From contig CAVPCT010000007.1 in NCBI GenBank assembly GCA_963702475.1, positions 22,202 through 86,201 of the forward strand: DNA of 64,000 nt, given 5' to 3'. The first letter of the stretch is position 1. Each line of letters starts with the position of its first letter. Positions 9,586-18,629 of the stretch are shown piece by piece. The notes beneath the pieces are model-generated. The model did no database searches. It had not been told where the DNA came from and saw only the letters and a program-made list of their open reading frames with translations. The position numbers and the translations under genes are program-made. The stretch is from an uncultured Thermoleophilia bacterium (GTDB lineage Bacteria; Actinomycetota; Thermoleophilia; UBA2241).

Positions 9586-10995
9586 GTGAAGCTGCTCTAC
9601 GACGACGTCCACCTGATCGCCGACCCTCTGTACGGGTACCTGCGCATCTGCCTGTCGCGGGCCGGGGAGATCGCTGAGGCCGACGTCATCGACAACCCAT
9701 GGGTGCAGCGGCTCAAGCGCATCCATCAGCTGCAGAGCTCATGGTGGGTGTTCCCCACGGCCGAGCACAGCCGCTTCGCGCACAGCCTCGGCGCCATGCA
9801 TCTGGCCGGGCAGCTGGCGCGGCAGGTGCACCCCACGCTTGCCGAGGTCGAGCCCGGCACTCCCTCGCTGCCGCTGGTCGAAGAGACCCTGCGGCTGGCC
9901 GGGCTGCTGCACGACATCGGCCACGGCCCGTTCAGCCACTTCTGCGACGAGGAGTACTTCCAGCCCGTGTTCGGCATCGACCACGAGCAGATCTCGCAGT
10001 ACCTCATCGTCAACGAGCTCGGGGGGCTCGTCGCCGAACTGCGGCGGAGCCCGTCGGGTTCGTTCGCGCCCGACGAGGCGGTGGACCCCTGGCACGTTGC
10101 CTTCCTGGTGCGGGCGGAGGAGGGGGCGGGCGCCCCCGGCCAGGACGCCGGCCCCATCCCGCGCTGGGTCCGGCTGCTGCACCGCGCCCTCTCCGGCGCG
10201 GTCACGGTCGACAACATGGACTACGTGCGGCGCGACGCCTACATGTGCGGCGTCGCGCTCGGCCCCGTGGACGTCGACCGCCTCATCTACTACACGTTCT
10301 GCACGCCCGACGGGCTCACGTTCCACAAGCGCGCTCTCGGAGCGCTGCGCGCCTTTCTCAACGCCCGCTTCTACATGTACGAGAACGTGTACTTCCACCG
10401 CATAGGCCACGCCATCGACCTGCACCTGCACGAGATCTTCCGGCCGACCATGGAGCTCATCCTGCCGCGGAGCCCCCTTGACGATGAGGCGGCCTACCGC
10501 CGCCTCACGGAGTGGTCGCTGTTCACCAGCGTGGAAGCGTGGCTGGACGAGCCGCTGGAGAGCGAGAAGCGCGCCCTGGCGGAGCAGTGGCAGTCCATCA
10601 TCCACCGGCACGTGAAGTACAGCATGGTGTACGAGCATCACGTGGAGCGGCAGCAGCCCCTGCCCGCTGCCCGGGACATGACCCGCGAGGAGTTCCACGC
10701 CGCCATCGTGAAACGGCTGCCGGCCGCGCTGCGCGACCTGGAGTTCGTGGTGGACATCGCGTCACAGGACCCGCGGCCGCTCAACCCGCTCGTCGGACCC
10801 AAGCGTATCGCCGTGTACGACCCGGCCACCGACGCCATCGAGGAGCAGCTTCTCAGCGGCATCCTCGAGTTCGTGCCGGCCAAAGCGCACCTGTACCGCG
10901 TGTTCGCGGTGGGCCGGCAGTACGAGCGCGAGCTGGCGCTGGCCGCGCGGGCGGCGCTCGAGGAGGCCGAGCCGCCGAGCCTGGTCAACCTCTGA
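9586..10995 (+). CDS. HD-superfamily phosphohydrolase (SAMHD1/YwfO-like dNTPase)
   Basis: QRLKRIHQL, EHSRFAHSLG, LLHDIGHGPFSH, D.MDYV.RD, MYENVYFH. Confidence 0.88.
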   Translation: MKLLYDDVHLIADPLYGYLRICLSRAGEIAEADVIDNPWVQRLKRIHQLQSSWWVFPTAEHSRFAHSLGAMHLAGQLARQVHPTLAEVEPGTPSLPLVEETLRLAGLLHDIGHGPFSHFCDEEYFQPVFGIDHEQISQYLIVNELGGLVAELRRSPSGSFAPDEAVDPWHVAFLVRAEEGAGAPGQDAGPIPRWVRLLHRALSGAVTVDNMDYVRRDAYMCGVALGPVDVDRLIYYTFCTPDGLTFHKRALGALRAFLNARFYMYENVYFHRIGHAIDLHLHEIFRPTMELILPRSPLDDEAAYRRLTEWSLFTSVEAWLDEPLESEKRALAEQWQSIIHRHVKYSMVYEHHVERQQPLPAARDMTREEFHAAIVKRLPAALRDLEFVVDIASQDPRPLNPLVGPKRIAVYDPATDAIEEQLLSGILEFVPAKAHLYRVFAVGRQYERELALAARAALEEAEPPSLVNL

Positions 10996-11102
10996 GCTCC
11001 CGACCCGCGCGGCGCGGGCGGCGACCGGGGAGTGCCCGCACAGGACCACCGCTGTCGCAGGGGTCCGGGGCGCGAGCGGGTCCGGCTCTCTTGTCCGCGG
11101 GT

Positions 11103-12539
11103 TCAGCCGGGGTGCGTCATGGCCTCCGGCCGCACCCAGGCGTCGAACTCGTCCGCCGTGACGTGGCCGGAGGCCAGCGCGGCCTCGCGCAGGGTGAGGC
11201 CGCCGAGGTGCGCGCTGCGCGCGATGGCGGCGGCCTTGTCGTAGCCGATGTGCGGGCTGAGGGCAGTCACCAGCATCAGTGAACCCTCGAGGTGACGATG
11301 GATCGCCTCGAGGTCGGGCTCGATGCCCTGCGCGCAGAAGCGGTCGAAGGCACCCACGGCGTCGGCGAGCAGCTCGGCCGACTCGAGCAGGCCGTGCAGC
11401 ATCACCGGCTTGTACACGTTGAGCTGCAGGGTGCCCTGCGAGCCGGCGAACGCCACGGCCGCGTCGTTGCCGAACACGCGCACGGCGACCTGCGTGAGCG
11501 CTTCAGCCTGTGTGGGGTTCACCTTGCCGGGCATGATCGACGAGCCGGGCTCGTTCTCGGGGATGCGCAGCTCGCCGATGCCGCTGCGCGGCCCGGAGGC
11601 GTACAGGCGCACGTCGTTGGCGATCTTCATGAGGTCGCCGGCCAAGGTGCGAAGTGCGGCGCTGGCGTTGACGACGGCGTCGTGCGTCGACAGTGCCGCG
11701 AAGAAGTCGGGCGCGGGGTGGAAGGGACGGCCGGTGAGCTCTGCGATGTACTCGGCGGCGAGCTCGGCGAAGCGCGGGTGCGTGTTCAGGCCGGTGCCGA
11801 CGGCGGTGCCGCCGAGGGCCAGCTCGTGGAGGCCGGGCAGCGCGCGGTGTACCGTGTCCAGCGCCTGGTCGAGCTGCGCCGCCCAGCCGCCGATGACCTG
11901 GCCGAGCGTGACCGGGACGGCGTCCTGCAGGTGGGTGCGGCCGACCATGACGACGTCGGCGTAGCGGTCGGCCTTGACGCGGAGGGTGTCGCGCAGCTGC
12001 TCGACCGCCGGGACCAGGACGTCCTCGAGCACCCCTGCCGCGGCGATGTGCATGACGGCGGGGAAGGTGTCGTTGCTGGACTGCCCCATGTTGACGTCGT
12101 CGTTGGGGTGGATGGGCATCCGGCCAGCCGGCGCGCCGTTTTCACCGGCGCCGGCCGCAGGGCCCCCCGCCTCCCGCGCCAGTTCGTTGGCGCGCGCGGC
12201 GATCACCTCGTTGGCGTTCATGTTGGACTGGGTGCCGGAGCCGGTCTGGAAGACGACGAGCGGGAACTCGTCGTCCCAGCGGCCGTCGGCGACCTCCTGC
12301 GCGGCGCGTCCGATGAGGGCGGCGCGCTCGGGGGCGAGGAGCCCCAGCTCCTCGTTGGCGCGCGCCGCCGCGAGCTTCAGCACACCGAGGGCGGCGATGA
12401 CGGGGCGGCCCCAGCGGAAGCGCTCGACGCCTATGGCAAAGTGCTCCACGGCGCGCTGCGTCTGGGGGCCCCAGTAGCGGTCCGCGGGCACGCGGACGTC
12501 GCCGAGGCTGTCGTGCTCGATGCGCCAGTCGTCGCTCAT
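11103..12539 (-). CDS. fumC: Class II fumarate hydratase
   Basis: [47 protein letters not shown]. Confidence 0.95.
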   Translation of the reverse strand: MSDDWRIEHDSLGDVRVPADRYWGPQTQRAVEHFAIGVERFRWGRPVIAALGVLKLAAARANEELGLLAPERAALIGRAAQEVADGRWDDEFPLVVFQTGSGTQSNMNANEVIAARANELAREAGGPAAGAGENGAPAGRMPIHPNDDVNMGQSSNDTFPAVMHIAAAGVLEDVLVPAVEQLRDTLRVKADRYADVVMVGRTHLQDAVPVTLGQVIGGWAAQLDQALDTVHRALPGLHELALGGTAVGTGLNTHPRFAELAAEYIAELTGRPFHPAPDFFAALSTHDAVVNASAALRTLAGDLMKIANDVRLYASGPRSGIGELRIPENEPGSSIMPGKVNPTQAEALTQVAVRVFGNDAAVAFAGSQGTLQLNVYKPVMLHGLLESAELLADAVGAFDRFCAQGIEPDLEAIHRHLEGSLMLVTALSPHIGYDKAAAIARSAHLGGLTLREAALASGHVTADEFDAWVRPEAMTHPG

Positions 12540-12644
12540 GGCGCGAGAAGCCTACCCGTCCCGGTGGGATTCGTAGCGGACGCACTTGCGCCTGCACCCA
12601 CCTGAATGGATACTAGCTGGCATCCACGCGGCGGAGGAGAGCAG

Positions 12645-13355
12645 GTGGACGAGAGCGTCGAGCTGGAGTCAAACGTGCCGCAGCGGCGGGCCTCGTCCGT
12701 GAGGGGCCGCGTCTGCGTCCCCTTCGAGAATCCGTTGTCCACGCTGCCGAAGACTGCCCAGAAGATCCTCGCCGCGGCCCGCAAGCTCCTCGTCGAGCGC
12801 GGCTACGAGGCCATGACGCTCGAGAACGTGGCCGCCGAGGCCGGCGTGAACAAGGCGTCCATCCGCTACAACTTCGGTAACAAGGCCGGGCTGGTGACGG
12901 CCGTCCTGGACTCGTACATCCACGACGAGTGCCGGCGGCTCGTCGGCACGGCCAAGGACGCGCCCCGGGACGAGGTCGTCGACAACGCCGTGAGCGGTAT
13001 GCGCGACATGGTCGTGGAGGCGGAGAACTTCTCGGGCTACTTCGACATCCTGCCGTACGCGTTCCGTGAGCCCGAGCTGCGCGAACGCATGCTGTCGCTG
13101 TACAAGTGGTGGTACCTGCAGAACCTGGAGTGGCTCGGCCTGCGGGACGTGCCCGGCGTGGAGCAGAACGAGACGCTGGTGGGTCTCGGCGAGTTGGTGT
13201 GCGCCGTGATCGACGGCCTGTGCATCCAGGCGGGGCTGCAGCCCGAAGGCTTCGACATGGGCCGCGCCATGAACGTGTTCGGGCTGCTGCTGCGCGCCGG
13301 GTTCGACGAGGTGTGCAGGCAGGCCGGCGTGGACCAGCCGGCCGAGGCCGGCTGA
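12645..13355 (+). CDS. TetR family transcriptional regulator
   Basis: ILAAARKLLVERGYEAMTLENVAAEAGVNKASIRYNFGNK HTH; GTG 12645 follows RBS GGAGGAG. Confidence 0.88.
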   Translation: MDESVELESNVPQRRASSVRGRVCVPFENPLSTLPKTAQKILAAARKLLVERGYEAMTLENVAAEAGVNKASIRYNFGNKAGLVTAVLDSYIHDECRRLVGTAKDAPRDEVVDNAVSGMRDMVVEAENFSGYFDILPYAFREPELRERMLSLYKWWYLQNLEWLGLRDVPGVEQNETLVGLGELVCAVIDGLCIQAGLQPEGFDMGRAMNVFGLLLRAGFDEVCRQAGVDQPAEAG

Positions 13356-13437
13356 CGGGGCTGCCGGCCGCACCGCGCGCCCGGACGCGGCGGCCCGGGG
13401 GCCGGCGGCGAAGCCGGCCCGGCCCGCTCGGCGCACC

Positions 13438-13482
13438 TTGACACCCCGGCGCGCCTCACTAGAATGTCCCCACCCAGGTGGG
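13438..13482 (+). promoter_or_regulatory. Promoter of the mttB-mtbB operon with a downstream palindrome (candidate operator)
   Basis: TTGACA (13438)-16 nt-TAGAAT (13460); CCCACC-CA-GGTGGG at 13469-13482. Confidence 0.6.
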
Positions 13483-13526
13483 TAGAATCGCCGGATCGGC
13501 GGCCACCCGACACCCGAGGGGGCTCT

Positions 13527-14996
13527 ATGAGACGAAACCTGTTCGCGGGCCGGCGGCGCAGTGAGGGCGTGACCTTCGAAGTCCTCACCGGCGACGACCT
13601 GCGGGACATCCACGCCGGCACTCTGGAGGTCCTGGACCGCACCGGCGTGTTCGTGGAGGACGAGGAGGCCCGCGCCGTCTTCGCCGGCGCGGGCGCCGGA
13701 GTCGATGAAACGACGCGCGTGGTGCGCATCCCGCCGCGCGTGGTCGAGGAGGCCGTCCGCACCGCACCGTCCCAGGTGGTCCTGGCCGGCCGCAACCCGA
13801 AGAACGACATCGTCCTCCAGCCGGGCCGCGTGGGCTTCACCAACTTCGGCGAGGGCGTGAAGGTGGTCGACCCGTACACCGGCGAGGTGAGGGTGCCGAT
13901 GAAGGCCGACGTGGGCCTCACCGCCAAGGTCGTCGACTACCTCCCCAACGTGGACGTGTACGAGCGCGCCATCACCGCCATGGACGTGCCGCAGGACATC
14001 GCCCCCCTGCACCAGGCCGAGGCGTGGTTCACCAACACCTCCAAGCACGGCTTCATGGGCTCGGGCGACGGCTTCATCTCGGAGAAGCTCCTCGACATGG
14101 CGGCCGCCATCGTCGGGGGCCGGGACAAGCTGCGCCGCCGGCCCATCATCTCGTTCATCACCTGTCCCGTGAGCCCGCTCAAGCTGGTGCAGGACACCTG
14201 CGAGATCATCATGACGGCGGCCCGCGGCGGCGTCGCCGTCAACATCCTCAGCATGGCCATGGCCGGCGGCTCGTCCCCGGTCACGCTCGCCGGCACGCTG
14301 GTGACGCACAACGCCGAGGTGCTGGCCGGGCTCACGCTGAGCCAGCTCACGCAGCCCGGCGCGGCGGTGGTGTACGGCAGTTCCACCACCGCCATGGACC
14401 TCAGGCTCGCAGCCGCGTCCGTCGGCTCGCCCGAGTGTGGCCTCATCAGCGCCGCCGTCGCCCAGATCGCCCGCTTCTACCTGCTGCCCAGCTGGGTGGC
14501 GGGTGCGTAGGGCGACTCCAAAGTGGTCGATGCCCAGAGTGGCCACGAGAAGACCCTGACCGGCATGTTGCCGGCGTTGGCAGGCGCCAACCTGATCTAC
14601 GGTCTGGGGATGATCGAGTCGGGCATGACCTTCGACTTCGGCCAGCTCGTCATGGACGACGAGTTCGCCGGCCTCATCAAGCAGTGCGTCAACGGCATCC
14701 CGGTGAACGACGAGACGCTGGCCCTCGACGTGATCCACGAGATCGGGCCGTTCGGCGACTTCCTGAGCCACGATCACACCATGGCCCACATGCGCACCAC
14801 GTCGCAGCCTGCGCTCATCGACCGCCGCGTGCGCGACGAGTGGGCGGAGATGGGGAGCAGTACACTGCACGAACGGGCGCTCGCCAAGGCCCGCGTCATC
14901 ATCGAGACGCACGTCCCGGACCCGCTGCCGGACGGCGTGCCCGAGCAGCTGGCGGCGATCGTGGAGAGCGCGGGCGCCGCCGCGGAGGTGAGCTGA
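13527..14996 (+). CDS. mttB: Trimethylamine:corrinoid methyltransferase, pyrrolysine-containing (in-frame TAG 14508-14510, codon 328; 489 aa)
   Basis: ORFs 13464..14510 and 14523..14996 share one frame; junction LPSWVAGA-TAG-GDSKVVDAQSGHEKT is the MttB Pyl site; FTNFGEG, TLAGTLVTHNAEVL, YGSSTT, GSPE motifs. Confidence 0.95.
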
Positions 14997-16382
14997 TGGG
15001 CACCATTCGCACGAGGATGGGCGACGGCTACGTCGTGCATCTGACGCCCGGAGGAGCTCCGCGCCGACCTGGAGGCCGGCTGCGCCGAGGCGGTGAAGCG
15101 CGCCAAGGTGCCGCCTCTGGAGGAGAACGAGTTCGAGTACCTCTACGACCTGTTCGCCATGCCCCAGCCGCATCATGGGCGTGGAGCCGGGTCACGAGGT
15201 CATCCTGACCAAGGACGGCTCCGTCAACACGCTGTACTCCGCCCAGCTCTCGAGCGGGGTGGGCCTGCCCCTCTCCCGGGAGCAGGCCTTCCGCGTGTTC
15301 GAGCGCGCCTTCTGCTTCGACACCATGGAGATCGGCCACCCCGACTACTCGTACAAGGCGGTCAAGCCCATCGTGGCGCTCGAGGCGACCGGCGTGGAGC
15401 AGGCGCTGCTCACCACGATCATCCCGGTGTTCTACGGCGCCATGCCCAACTTCGGCCTGTACGCGCAGCCGGACGGGCCGTTTCCCAACCCGGCCGACCT
15501 GCTGCCGCGCGGCGAGACGCAGGCCGCGCGCGACGCGCAGATGGCCATCGCCGAGGCCTGCCGCGAGGACATGCTGTACGTGTCCAAGGCCATGGCCGAG
15601 GTCGGCGCCGACGGCATCAACTTCGACACCACGGCGTCCATCGGCGACGCCGAGTTCTACGCGACGCTGCTGACGGTGGAGGAGCTGGCCGAAGACGACC
15701 CACCTCGCCATCGAGGTGGGCATGGCGGCCGAGTTCGTCCTCGGCTTCCACGGCGAGGTGGAGTAGCAGGGGCAAGCGGCTCGCCGGCATGTGGCCTCAC
15801 CAGCAGGTCAAGGTGGTGGAGGAGGCCGGCGCGCACATCTTCGGGCCGGTCGTGAACACCAACTCGCGCAAGTCGGTCCCCTGGAACGTGGCGCGCTCGG
15901 TGACCATCGTGAAGGAGTGCTCGCGGGTCGCCGAGATCCCCGTGCACGCCAACGTCGGTATGGGCGTCGGCGGCGTGCCGATGTTCGAGGTGCCGCCGGC
16001 CGACGTGCTCACCAGGGCCAGCGCGGCCATGGTCGAGATCGGCCGTGTGGACGGCTTGTAGGTCGGCACGGGTGACCCGTACGGCATGTCGATGAGCCAC
16101 GCGCTCGCGTCGGGCATGGGCGGCATCAGGACCACCGGAGACCTGGTGGCCAGGGTGCAGCTCCACACCAAGAAGCGGCTCCCCGAGGCGAAGAAGTACG
16201 TGGCCGACAAGCTCCACGTGAGCGTGGACGACCTGGCCGACTCCACCGTGATGCGCGGCCTGCGCCAGGAGCTGGACATCGGCGTGATCACCGCGGTGCC
16301 CGGCGCCCGCAAGGGCATCGAGGCCAAACGCAACATCTCCGAATTGCTCGACGTGCCGGTGGCCTGTCTGAAGAGGCTGTAG
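14996..16382 (+). CDS. mtbB: Dimethylamine:corrinoid methyltransferase, pyrrolysine-containing (in-frame TAG 16059-16061); four +1 frameshifts near 15050, 15165, 15691, 15766, probably sequencing errors
   Basis: [88 protein letters not shown] follow MtbB in order; TGATG coupling to mttB. Confidence 0.92.
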
Positions 16383-16613
16383 AGGGACGGCGGCCGAGGT
16401 CGGCCGAGCCCTCATGCCCCAACGCGGGCGTGCTCGCCGCCCAGCGCGGCGAGCACGCCCGATCGGGTGCCGATCCTCGAGTGCATCGACTGGGCGCGGA
16501 TGGCCGGTTTGGCAAGGGCCGGCCCTCAGTGTGGTGGGTACCGAAGTCGAGCCTCCTGACGCCGTGCGCCGGCGGCGCACGAGGCGGCTGCCGGAGGGAG
16601 AGGAGAGTTGTCC

Positions 16614-18542
16614 ATGGGATTCAGGGCATCGGCGCTGGCGGCGCTACGAGGCGAGCTTCCGGAAGGGCTGCCGTACGCGCCGCGCCTCGACCTCTGGCAC
16701 ACGGCCCGCCTCGCCTCGGGGACCATGCCGCGCCAGTACGAAGGCGCATCCATCGAGGAAATCTGCCGTGCCGAGGGCTGGGGCATCTACCTGCTGACCG
16801 CCAGCTTCGTCGGCCTGATCTCCTCGGACGAGGCCATGGCGCAGAGCGCCCTCGGCCTCTACGCGCCGCCCGAGTGCGGCTACCGGCTTGCGTTCGGGGA
16901 CGGTGTCGGCATGACGTGGCGACGCCGCGGCGAGCTTCTCGATGTGGAGGCCGAGACGGACAGCGGCACACTGCACACTACGCTGAGCCACACCGCCGAG
17001 ATGCTGCGCAACGGGATCACGTATCCGTGGGTCTCGGAGCCTCTCGTCAAGAAGTTCAGCGACTGGCGCGTGGTCGCCGACCTGTTCCGCTCACTGAGGC
17101 TCGTTCCGGACCCGGAGACCTATCGCGGGGCTAGGCAGCGCGTCGGCGAAGACGGCGCCGTGATCTCGGCGGCCAGCGAGCCGGGATCCCCCATGCATCA
17201 CGTCCAGAAGCACTTCTTTCCCGGCACGGAGTTCTACCTGCTCTACAACGATCGGCGGGCGGAGCTCGAGGAGTTCGCGGCCGCCATCACGCCCTTCTAC
17301 GAGCAGCTGCTCGAGTTCTATGCGCGCGCCGACGTCGACGGTGTGACCTGGGGTGGCAACTTCGACGAGACGATCACGTACGCGCCCTTCTTCGAGGAGC
17401 AGATCCTGCCCTGGCTGCAGCGCGCTTCGGACGTACTCCGTCCGCGTGGCATCCCCCTGCTGACGCACTGCGACGGCGAGAACCGCGGGCTGATGGAGCT
17501 CATCAGGACATCCGGCATCGACGCCGCGGAGTCCGTCTGCCCGTATCCGATGACGGCCCTGACCCTGCGCGAGTATTACGAGAGCTGGGGTGACGACCTG
17601 TGCATCGTCGGAGGCATCCCGGCCGAGTACCTCATCCCGGAGCAGACGTCGATAGACGATCTCTCCGACTATCTGAGCTACCTGCTGCGCGCCGTGGCTC
17701 CCGGTCGTCGTTTCATCGCGGGTGTCACCGACGCCGTGCCGCCGGACGCCGACTTCGACCGCTTGCGACGCGTGCACGAGTTCTTCGAGGGCCGTGGGAG
17801 ACTGCCGCTCGCCGTGGGCCCGATGCCCGACATCTTCGGCGAACGCGCGGCGGCGACCGCTCCGCGGGCCGCGCCGGTCCAGGACGAGTTCATCGCGCTG
17901 GAGGCCGCCGTCCTCGCCGGTGACGAGGCCGGCGTCGCCGACGCCTGCCGGCGTCTGCTCGCAGCGGGACAGACGGGGCGGGCGATCCTGGACGGCGGCC
18001 TCATCCGCGCCATGGACGTCATCGGAGTGCGGTTCGCTGCTGGTGAGGCGTTCATCCCGGAGATGCTGCTCGCGGCTCGCGCGATGCAGGCGGGAGTCGA
18101 TGCGCTGGAGCGCGCGCTCGTCGACGAGGAGGGCGCCTCGCGGTCGCAGGGGTCGGTCGTCATGGGCACCGTGAAGGGCGACCTCCACGACATCGGCAAG
18201 GACCTCGTGGTCCTCCTGCTGCGTGGCGGCGGATTCGACGTAGTGGACCTCGGCACCGACGTCCCGGTCGAGGAGTTCCTCCACGCGCTGCGCGAGCATC
18301 GGGCTCCGCTCCTGGGTCTCAGTGCCCTGTTGACCACGACCATGCCGCAGATGGCTCAGGTGATCGACGCTCTGGTCGCGTCCGGCGAGCGCGACCGCGT
18401 GCGCGTCATGGTCGGCGGTGCTCCGGTCACGGCACGCTTCGCCCGCGACATTGGGGCTGACGGCCACGGCTCAAGCGCCGGCGATGCGGTGACCGTCGCC
18501 CGCCACCTTCTGGCGGAGGTCCGTGGCGGGTCGCCGGAGTGA
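16614..18542 (+). CDS. Uroporphyrinogen decarboxylase-family (MtbA/MtaA-like) methyltransferase fused to a methylamine corrinoid protein
   Basis: N-terminal URO-D-type domain (GNFD, THCDG, GGIP); C-terminal cap MDVIG.RF..GEAFIPEML plus B12 motif GTVKGDLHDIGK and GLSALLTTTM, VMVGGAP; RBS AGGAGAG. Confidence 0.88.
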   Translation: MGFRASALAALRGELPEGLPYAPRLDLWHTARLASGTMPRQYEGASIEEICRAEGWGIYLLTASFVGLISSDEAMAQSALGLYAPPECGYRLAFGDGVGMTWRRRGELLDVEAETDSGTLHTTLSHTAEMLRNGITYPWVSEPLVKKFSDWRVVADLFRSLRLVPDPETYRGARQRVGEDGAVISAASEPGSPMHHVQKHFFPGTEFYLLYNDRRAELEEFAAAITPFYEQLLEFYARADVDGVTWGGNFDETITYAPFFEEQILPWLQRASDVLRPRGIPLLTHCDGENRGLMELIRTSGIDAAESVCPYPMTALTLREYYESWGDDLCIVGGIPAEYLIPEQTSIDDLSDYLSYLLRAVAPGRRFIAGVTDAVPPDADFDRLRRVHEFFEGRGRLPLAVGPMPDIFGERAAATAPRAAPVQDEFIALEAAVLAGDEAGVADACRRLLAAGQTGRAILDGGLIRAMDVIGVRFAAGEAFIPEMLLAARAMQAGVDALERALVDEEGASRSQGSVVMGTVKGDLHDIGKDLVVLLLRGGGFDVVDLGTDVPVEEFLHALREHRAPLLGLSALLTTTMPQMAQVIDALVASGERDRVRVMVGGAPVTARFARDIGADGHGSSAGDAVTVARHLLAEVRGGSPE

Positions 18543-18629
18543 CTGCCCATGCCCGGCCGTGCGCCGAACGCTGGACCTCAGCGTGATCACGGCGGCGGGC
18601 CGGGGCCGGCGGACGATCGGCGTCGAGAC

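Noticed and set aside
12669-15176. Long antisense and alternative-frame ORFs (for example 12669..15176, 30098..32608, 22360..24273, 52761..54488)
   Set aside because: Shadow ORFs of high-GC coding regions with no family motifs, overlapping well-supported genes.
15764-15766. A second apparent in-frame TAG within mtbB (GAG TAG CAG)
   Set aside because: The frame also shifts here. Removing one G gives TAC AGG GGC AAG CGG CTC GCC GGC ATG TGG ([10 protein letters not shown]), matching MtbB. It is an insertion artefact, not a Pyl codon.
16383-16613. Readthrough of the mtbB terminal TAG into the in-frame MT2-corrinoid gene
   Set aside because: An in-frame TGA near 16557 intervenes, so no triple fusion is possible.
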